From Longimicrobiales bacterium (GTDB taxonomy: Bacteria; Gemmatimonadota; Gemmatimonadetes; Longimicrobiales; Gaopeijiaceae), in NCBI GenBank assembly GCA_965204735.1, contig OZ242008.1, positions 4,000,001 to 4,064,000 of the forward strand: DNA of 64,000 nt, in the 5' to 3' direction. Below, one piece after another: positions 57,649 to 64,000 of this stretch (positions are counted from its first letter, which is position 1; each line of letters opens with the position of its first letter). Made by a program: the position numbers and the translations under genes. Under the pieces are notes generated by a model. It was not told the DNA's origin and did not search any database. It saw nothing but the letters and a program-made list of their open reading frames with translations.

Positions 57649-58068
57649 ATGGAGCACCTGAGAGCCGTCAACCAGAAAGCGGTCCGGGTTCGGGCGTACA
57701 CGGAGGAACTGCCGCCGGCAGGGCCCCCGCCGGAGAGGCGGCCGCCGCCGGGCGCCGTGGCGGAAGAAGCGTCCGCGGCGCTGGACGCTCTCGACGTGGA
57801 GGGGCTGGAGAGCCGTCCGCCCGAACCGCCTCCGGGGCCCCACATCCCGCTGGGCTGCTCGCTTGTCTTCGCCCCCGGCTGGGAGGTGGACTCCAGCGGA
57901 GGCACCGCAGGGCTCTGCCAGCCCGTGGAGCGGGACCTCTTCGACTGCCACCTGGCGTGCTTCTGGCCGGCCCAGGTGCCCGACCAGCTGAACCACGCGC
58001 CGGACTGGACCGGCAAGTGCGCGTCGGCCCAGAAGGACTGGCGCAAGATCGACCTGGTCTTCCCGTGA
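57649..58068 (+). CDS. qhpC: QHNDH gamma subunit (CTQ precursor)
   Basis: Leader MEHLRAVNQKA; core GC....PGWEVD......LCQPVERD...C...CFWPAQVPD keeps all crosslink residues at the known spacing. Confidence 0.93.
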   Translation: MEHLRAVNQKAVRVRAYTEELPPAGPPPERRPPPGAVAEEASAALDALDVEGLESRPPEPPPGPHIPLGCSLVFAPGWEVDSSGGTAGLCQPVERDLFDCHLACFWPAQVPDQLNHAPDWTGKCASAQKDWRKIDLVFP

Positions 58069-59240
58069 TCCCGGGTCTCTTCCGTCGCCGGTTGCTCGTC
58101 GCCGGCAGGCGCGGCTCGTTTGCGAGCGGGCGCGACGGCCGGCCGCGCCCGGCGGGCTGCGTCGCGGCCGGATTGCTCGCCTTGACGCTCGCCCCGGCCG
58201 GCGTGTGGGCCCAGAGCGGAGGAGACGGGGTCATTTACTGGGCCGGGTACGATCACGCAATCCACGTGATCGACGAGGCCACACTGGAGATCGTGGAGAA
58301 GATTCCCGTCACGACGGGGATCCCCATCACCTTGACCCTGTCGAAGAACCACGAGCGGCTCTACGTGCTCGACGCCGAGTTCGAGGAGATCGAGACGGTC
58401 GATCTGGGCGCCCGCAAGTCCGTGGACAGCTTCACCCTCAGCCGAGGACGCTCCACCGTGCGGATCTGGGGCTTCACGGTGCACCCCGACGAAGAGTACG
58501 CGATCCTCAACACGATGAGGTACACCAAGCGCATCGACCGCTGGGAGATCGACGACCCTGTGCTCGTCAAGTACGACCTGCAGGCGGGCGAAGTCGTCGA
58601 CACGGTTCCGTGGCCGAACGGAGAGAAGCGGGAACGCGTCCGCCTGATGTTCTCGCCCGAAGGCGACTACCTGTACTTCTTCGGCAACGACGTCCTTGTC
58701 CTGGAAACGGAGAACTTCACCGAGACCGACCGATGGGAGCTTTCCCAGCCGCCGGAGGAGGGACTGGGGCGCTTCAGGTTCAACTTTCCACTCAGCCCCT
58801 ACGACGAGCCGGGGTTTCACACGGGCCTTTTCTCGTTCACCGACCCGGTGCAGAACCGCCGCATGATGGGGGTGGCCAAGGTGGACTTGGCGGCCAAGGA
58901 GTTCGACTTCTACACGCTGGGTCCCCGAGAACCGGTGAGCTTCCGGCTGGCGCCCGGCGGGAAGAAGGCCTACGGCCTGGTCCAGCAGATTGGGAACTAC
59001 GAGTTCTGGACCTTCGACCTGGAGGGCCGCCGGGTGGAGAGCCGCCACCGCTTCGCTGGACGGCCCCGCATGGGCTTGGCGGTCAGCTCCAACGGCGAGC
59101 TGCTCTACGTCTACAACGCGGGCGCGACAATAGACGTCTACGACGCCGGCACCTACGAGAAGCTTCGGACCGTCGCGTACGACGCGGACATGACCGAGTT
59201 CCTGATGATCCCGGAGGGCGTGGGGCCCGGAAGGGGCTGA
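58065..59240 (+). CDS. qhpB: QHNDH beta subunit (beta-propeller)
   Basis: GTGA overlap with qhpC; signal peptide ending VWAQ; YncE-like blades; position in the qhp operon. Confidence 0.75.
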   Translation: MIPGLFRRRLLVAGRRGSFASGRDGRPRPAGCVAAGLLALTLAPAGVWAQSGGDGVIYWAGYDHAIHVIDEATLEIVEKIPVTTGIPITLTLSKNHERLYVLDAEFEEIETVDLGARKSVDSFTLSRGRSTVRIWGFTVHPDEEYAILNTMRYTKRIDRWEIDDPVLVKYDLQAGEVVDTVPWPNGEKRERVRLMFSPEGDYLYFFGNDVLVLETENFTETDRWELSQPPEEGLGRFRFNFPLSPYDEPGFHTGLFSFTDPVQNRRMMGVAKVDLAAKEFDFYTLGPREPVSFRLAPGGKKAYGLVQQIGNYEFWTFDLEGRRVESRHRFAGRPRMGLAVSSNGELLYVYNAGATIDVYDAGTYEKLRTVAYDADMTEFLMIPEGVGPGRG

Positions 59241-59251
59241 GCCGGGCAGCC

Positions 59252-61015
59252 TTGGCGACCGATCGACGGCCGGACGGCGGACGAGGGACGGGCCCGCGTC
59301 TCCGGGCTCGCAGGAACGGCGCGCGTCGGGCGCTTCTGGACCCGGACCTTCGCCGGGGAATCGCCTACGTCGTTCCCTACCGGCGCCGGCTCGGGGTCGT
59401 GCTGGCGCTCAACTTGGTGGGAACCGGCCTCTCCCTGTGCGTTCCCTACCTTTCCAAGACGCTCGTGGACGACGCCTTGCTGGGAGGCGACCTGGGAGCG
59501 CTTGCCCGCGTGGTGGGGCTCTTCGCCTTCGCGACGGCCGCAAGCTTTGGCCTGAACGTGGCAAGCGGGCTGCGGTACACGAAGGCGTCGGCGGAGATCC
59601 TCTTCGACATGCGGCTGGACGTGTACCGACACCTTCAGCGGCTGTCGCCCCGGTACTATGCGAGAACCTCGCTGGGCGACATCATGTCGCGCCTCAACAA
59701 CGACGTGGGCGAGATCCAGCGGGTTCTCTCCGACGCGGCCCTCTCCTGGGTCGGGAACGTGGCTTTTCTGGCCGGCACGGTCGGGATGCTGCTCTGGCTG
59801 GACTGGAGGCTCTTCCTGGCGGCGGCCGCCCTCCTCCCTCCGGCCGCTTGGGCGATGGTGCGCTACCGGCGGCGACTGGAAGATCGGGTCCGGGTCATGC
59901 GGGAAAGGAGCGCCGAGATCGGGGCCTTCCTGATTGAGACCCTGCGCGGCGCAAGGCTCGTGGCGGCGTCCAACGCCCAGGAAAGGGAGGCCGCGCGCTT
60001 TCGCCGCCGCAACGACGGCTTCGTGAGGGCGCTGCTGGCGATGCAGCGGCTGCGGTACCTGGCGGGTGGGTTGCCCGGAGCGCTGCTGTCGGCCAGCACC
60101 GCCGTCGTCTTCCTCTATGGCGGAGCCCGGGTCGTCGCGGGAGACGTGACGCTGGGAACGTTCACGGCCTTCATGGCGTACCAGATGCGGCTGATCGGGC
60201 CGGTCCAGGGCTTGATGGGCCTCTACGCGGGGCTGGCGGCGGCGCGCGTCTCGCTGCGGCGAGTCCACGAGCTGCTCGACGAGCCGGTGGAGGTGGTGGA
60301 GGCCGAGCGGCCCGTTCCGTTGACGCGAGTGCGGGGCGAGGTCGTCTTCGAGGACGTGTCGTTCGGCCACGGCCGAGGCGGTCCGGTGCTGGAGGGGTTC
60401 CGGCTGACGGTCGCGCCGGGCGAGGTCGTCGCGCTGGCGGGACCGTCGGGAAGCGGCAAGTCCACCGTCGCGGGCCTGCTGGCGCGCCACGTCGATCCGG
60501 ATCGTGGGAGAGTGCTGCTGGACGGCGTGGACGTTCGGACGGTGCGCTTGGCCGACCTTCGGGCGCAGGTCGCCGTCGTGGAGCAGGACCCGTTCCTCTT
60601 CAACGCCACGATTCTCGACAACGTCCGCTACGCCAGGCCCGGCGCGGCCGAGAGCGCGGTTGCGGAAGCGCTGGAACGCGCCGGGCTGGCCGACTTCGTC
60701 GATTCCCTGCCCGAGGGCGCGAGCACGGAAGTCGGCGAACACGGCCACGCCCTCTCCGCCGGCGAGCGGCAGCGCGTCGCAATCGCCAGGGCGTTGGTGG
60801 CCGACCCGGTGGTGCTGGTGCTGGACGAGGCCACCGGCCACCTGGACCCGGCGACGGAGGCCCACGTGATCCGCGCCTACGCCGAGGCGATGCGGGGGCG
60901 CACCACGATCTTGGTGTCCCACCGACGGGCTCCGCTGCGGGCGGCGAGCCGGGTGGTGGCGCTGCGGAACGGCCGGATCCAGCATGAAGCCCCCGTCGGA
61001 AAGACGTCTTCGTGA
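59252..61015 (+). CDS. qhpF: ABC exporter (TMD+NBD), QhpF-like
   Basis: GDIMSRLNND, GPSGSGKS, LSAGERQR, VLDEAT; follows qhpB; start uncertain. Confidence 0.8.
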   Translation: MATDRRPDGGRGTGPRLRARRNGARRALLDPDLRRGIAYVVPYRRRLGVVLALNLVGTGLSLCVPYLSKTLVDDALLGGDLGALARVVGLFAFATAASFGLNVASGLRYTKASAEILFDMRLDVYRHLQRLSPRYYARTSLGDIMSRLNNDVGEIQRVLSDAALSWVGNVAFLAGTVGMLLWLDWRLFLAAAALLPPAAWAMVRYRRRLEDRVRVMRERSAEIGAFLIETLRGARLVAASNAQEREAARFRRRNDGFVRALLAMQRLRYLAGGLPGALLSASTAVVFLYGGARVVAGDVTLGTFTAFMAYQMRLIGPVQGLMGLYAGLAAARVSLRRVHELLDEPVEVVEAERPVPLTRVRGEVVFEDVSFGHGRGGPVLEGFRLTVAPGEVVALAGPSGSGKSTVAGLLARHVDPDRGRVLLDGVDVRTVRLADLRAQVAVVEQDPFLFNATILDNVRYARPGAAESAVAEALERAGLADFVDSLPEGASTEVGEHGHALSAGERQRVAIARALVADPVVLVLDEATGHLDPATEAHVIRAYAEAMRGRTTILVSHRRAPLRAASRVVALRNGRIQHEAPVGKTSS

Positions 61016-61851
61016 CGCGGAGCGCCGAGGCAGGTCGTCGGCGTGGACGGCTGTTCGGGCTCGCGTCCATGCCGGCCGTTCGCAGGGACGTGGCCGGGGC
61101 GCTGGCCCGCGGAAGGGTTGCCGCGGCGCTCCGGATGGCCCGCACGGCGACCCGGCGGCCCGACCTGGGCGCGGAAAAGATCGTCTCCCGTCGGTATCGC
61201 TACGTGTGGATCTGCAACCCCAAGGTCGCTTCGCGGAGCATAAAGGCGACGCTCTGCCGGGTCACGCCCGACGCCGAAGTCTTCAGCGGGATGAGCATCG
61301 GCGAGGTCTTTGCGGCCCGCCCCGAGGCCCGTCGCTACTACGCCTTCGCCTTCACGAGGCATCCCTACGCCAGGGCGCTGTCGTTCCACGCCGAGCTGCA
61401 CTGCTCGCCGGGGCGGTACTCGGAAGCGGACCAGGCACGGCACAAGAGAGCCAAGGCAAGCCAGTTCTTCCGGGAGTATCACGGGCTGGCCGACACGACC
61501 CGCTTTGACGAGTACTGCCGCTGGCTGATCACGCCCTACGGCGCGGACGCCGGCGCCGACCGTCATTACCTTTCGCAGCACCTTCAGGTGAAGCTGGACG
61601 ACGGGCGGCTGCCGGCGTTCCTGGGCCGCCTCGAGACGTTGGACGAGGACTTTCGGCGGGTCGCGCGGCGCCTGGGACTTCCCGGCAAGCCGGAGTTGCC
61701 CCTGCTCAACACCATGGCGGGCTGGCAGGCGGACCCGGTCGCCCTCGAGGCCGCTCGGTCCACCATGAACGGCGCCCTTGCCGAGAGCAGCAAGGCGCTC
61801 CTGCGGGCGCGGTACGCGACAGACTTCGAATTGGGTGGCTACGTCGGATGA
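61012..61851 (+). CDS. sulfotransferase family 2 protein
   Basis: NPKVASRS (5'-PSB), FTRHPYARALS (3'-PB), RHYLSQ, GRLETLDEDF, YATDFELGGY. Confidence 0.8.
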   Translation: MTRSAEAGRRRGRLFGLASMPAVRRDVAGALARGRVAAALRMARTATRRPDLGAEKIVSRRYRYVWICNPKVASRSIKATLCRVTPDAEVFSGMSIGEVFAARPEARRYYAFAFTRHPYARALSFHAELHCSPGRYSEADQARHKRAKASQFFREYHGLADTTRFDEYCRWLITPYGADAGADRHYLSQHLQVKLDDGRLPAFLGRLETLDEDFRRVARRLGLPGKPELPLLNTMAGWQADPVALEAARSTMNGALAESSKALLRARYATDFELGGYVG

Positions 61852-63533
61852 TCCGAGAGGCCTTGATCGCAGCCCTGATCGCCGCTCCGGCGTCGGCGAC
61901 GACGCGCGCCCAGGCGCCCTCGGAGACGGGCTGGCCGCGCCACGGCTTCGACGCCGAAGAGACCCGGTACAGCCCCCTCGACCAGATTCGCGCCGACAAC
62001 GTGCACCGCCTGAAGGCGGCGTGGAGCTGGGAAATCCCCAAGCCGGGCGAGCGGGTCGAGACCACGCCGCTGGTCGTCGACGGCGTGCTCTACGGCACCG
62101 GCCCGTGGAGCTACGTCTTCGCGCTGGACGCGGCAACGGGCAAGACGCTCTGGACCTGGGACCCGGGGATCCCCACCAGGGACGAGGGCGGACCGAGGAC
62201 GTGCTGCGGAGACGTGAACCGAGGAGCGGCAATCAGCGGCGACCGCCTCTTCGTAGGGCTGCTGGACGGGCGCTTGGCCGCGCTGGACCGGGCCGACGGC
62301 TCGCTTCTGTGGATCGCCCGGACCACGCCGGCCGGGTCCGACTACTCGATCACCGGCGCCCCCCGCGTCGTGGGCGACAAGGTCGTCGTAGGCAACGCCG
62401 GCGCCGAGTTCGGCGTGCGCGGCTACGTCGGCGCCTACGAGGCGGAGACGGGCCTCCCGGCGTGGCGCACCTACACCGTCCCCGGCAATCCGGCCCTGGG
62501 CCACGAGGACGAGTCAATGGCGGAAGCGGCCAAGACGTGGACGGGCGAGTGGTGGAGGGCCGGCGGCGGGGGAACCGTCTGGGACGGCGTCGCCCACGAC
62601 GAAGAGGCCGGGCTCGTCTACGTGGGGACCGGCAACGGATCGCCCTGGAGCCGGGATCATCGCAGCCCCGATGGGGGCGACAACCTCTACCTGTCGTCGA
62701 TCCTCGCCCTGGACGCCGAGGACGGGAAGATCGTCTGGCACTACCAGACCACTCCCGGCGACGACTGGGACTACACGGCGACCCAGCACCTGATGCTCCT
62801 GGACATCGAGCTGGACGGGAAGCTCCGCAGGACGATCGTGCAGGCCCCCAAGAACGGCTTCTTCTATGTGCTGGACAGGATCACCGGCGAACTGCTCTCG
62901 GCCGAACCCTTCGCCGACGACTTGACCTGGGCGACGCGGGTCGACATGACCACGGGCCGCCCGGTCGAAACGCCCGCCGCGCGCTACGGGCGCTCGGCCA
63001 GGGGCGCCTACCTCGCGCCGGGCACGATGGGCGCCCACAACTGGCAGTCCATGTCGTGGAACCCGTCCACCGGGCTTGTGTACGTGCCGGCCCAGAACAA
63101 CTACCACTACTACAAGAAGGCGCGCAGCTTCCGCTATCGGCCTCGACGCTGGAACACCGGAACCGAATCGGGCGTCCGACTCCTCCGGCCGCCCCGCCCG
63201 GAGCCCCGGGGTCCGTCGCGACTCCTCCTTGCCTGGGATCCCGCCGCAAACCGCGAGGCTTGGCGGCTTCCGGGAGAAGGCGGCCACGGCGGCACGGCGT
63301 CGACCGCCGGAAACTTGGTCTTCTGGACGATCGGCGGTCTCCTGATCGCCGTGAACGCGGGCAGCGGCGAGAAGCTGTGGTCTTTTGATGTCGGACGGGA
63401 CGCGGGCGCGCCCGTGACGTACATGGTCGCCGGTCGCCAGTACGTGGCCACGGCCAGCGGACATTGGGCGAGCGACCAGCCGTCCCGAGTTTGGGCCTTT
63501 GCACTCGGCGCGGACGGCGGCGGACCTCGATGA
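61848..63533 (+). CDS. PQQ-dependent alcohol dehydrogenase family protein
   Basis: RYSPLDQI, CCGDVNRG vicinal Cys, GAEFGVRG, GTGNGSPW, DDWDYT, KNGFFYVLDR, GAHNW. Confidence 0.9.
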   Translation: MIREALIAALIAAPASATTRAQAPSETGWPRHGFDAEETRYSPLDQIRADNVHRLKAAWSWEIPKPGERVETTPLVVDGVLYGTGPWSYVFALDAATGKTLWTWDPGIPTRDEGGPRTCCGDVNRGAAISGDRLFVGLLDGRLAALDRADGSLLWIARTTPAGSDYSITGAPRVVGDKVVVGNAGAEFGVRGYVGAYEAETGLPAWRTYTVPGNPALGHEDESMAEAAKTWTGEWWRAGGGGTVWDGVAHDEEAGLVYVGTGNGSPWSRDHRSPDGGDNLYLSSILALDAEDGKIVWHYQTTPGDDWDYTATQHLMLLDIELDGKLRRTIVQAPKNGFFYVLDRITGELLSAEPFADDLTWATRVDMTTGRPVETPAARYGRSARGAYLAPGTMGAHNWQSMSWNPSTGLVYVPAQNNYHYYKKARSFRYRPRRWNTGTESGVRLLRPPRPEPRGPSRLLLAWDPAANREAWRLPGEGGHGGTASTAGNLVFWTIGGLLIAVNAGSGEKLWSFDVGRDAGAPVTYMVAGRQYVATASGHWASDQPSRVWAFALGADGGGPR

Positions 63534-64000
63534 GCAACGGGACGGCCAGTCGTTGCGAGGCCGCCGTCTTCGTCGCTGTGGTCGCCGCGGGCGTCGGACT
63601 CGCCGCCGCAAGGCTGGACGACCCGCTGCGGGGAGACGAGGCCGTCACCGCGGCGGGGTACGCCTTCGAGTCCTTCGGGTTCGCGGCGACCAAGATCGAT
63701 CGGCTGAACAACCACGTCTTCCACACCCTCTTGGTATGGGTCGCCGACCGGGCGGCCGGCCCCAGCATCGCGGCGCTGCGGATACCCGCCTTCCTGGCTT
63801 GGTGCCTCCTTCTTCCCGCGGTGTGGTGGTTCGTGCGAGGGGAATCCGGCTGGCTCGTCGCGGCGTTCGCGACCACGTTCGTGGCCACGTCCAGGTTTCT
63901 CTTGGAGCACGCCGCCGTCGCCAGGGGCTACACGATCGTCCTGCTGCTCTTCGTGCTGGCGCTGCGGGCCGGGCGGGGGCTGCTGCGCGCGCCCGACAAC
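63530..64000 (+). CDS. GT-C fold (GT39-like) membrane glycosyltransferase, 3'-truncated by window
   Basis: Translated by hand from ATG 63530: TM helix then LRGDE, NNHVFHT, ALRIPA, ARGY. Confidence 0.65.
   Translation, partial: MSNGTASRCEAAVFVAVVAAGVGLAAARLDDPLRGDEAVTAAGYAFESFGFAATKIDRLNNHVFHTLLVWVADRAAGPSIAALRIPAFLAWCLLLPAVWWFVRGESGWLVAAFATTFVATSRFLLEHAAVARGYTIVLLLFVLALRAGRGLLRAPDN

Noticed and set aside
57560..57661. 33-aa ORF between qhpD and qhpC as a second precursor peptide
   Set aside because: No Cys or recognisable motif; overlaps the qhpC RBS; probably intergenic

Overview
High-GC bacterial chromosome segment. The gene content (many GPGE-motif beta-propeller lipoproteins, a plug-only TonB-like protein) suggests Gemmatimonadota; this is an inference, not a database result. 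In order, the window holds: the 3' end of a sigma-54 activator operon with a coiled-coil protein and a probable outer-membrane beta-barrel; a kbl-tdh-mazG-like-quinone oxidoreductase block; queE and a Nudix hydrolase; a ~13 kb accessory region of seven exported 6-bladed beta-propeller/NHL-like paralogues with two ECF sigma factors, an AraC regulator, a membrane protein and a Cys-rich lipoprotein; a TolB-like protein, ABC exporter, saccharopine dehydrogenase-like gene, a GyrA/ParC subunit lacking the canonical GyrA-box, MOSC and CPBP genes; a compact paaABCD-like diiron oxygenase cluster without paaE/paaK; pfkA; an apparently inserted UvrD-family helicase; a PIG-L deacetylase; a BMP-type nucleoside ABC importer; an NSS transporter; a LeuD-LeuC (swivel-first) fused aconitase-family enzyme; tRNA-Val(CAC) and tRNA-Glu(CTC); a deleted AAA_14/DUF4143 pseudogene; and a quinohemoprotein amine dehydrogenase cluster (qhpG-A-D-C-B-F) with a divergent gamma subunit and no qhpE, followed by a sulfotransferase, a PQQ dehydrogenase and a GT-C glycosyltransferase. 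No CRISPR array, rRNA, integrase or transposase was seen. Start codons were chosen by eye from overlaps and signal peptides and are approximate. All family calls come from motif recognition, not searches.
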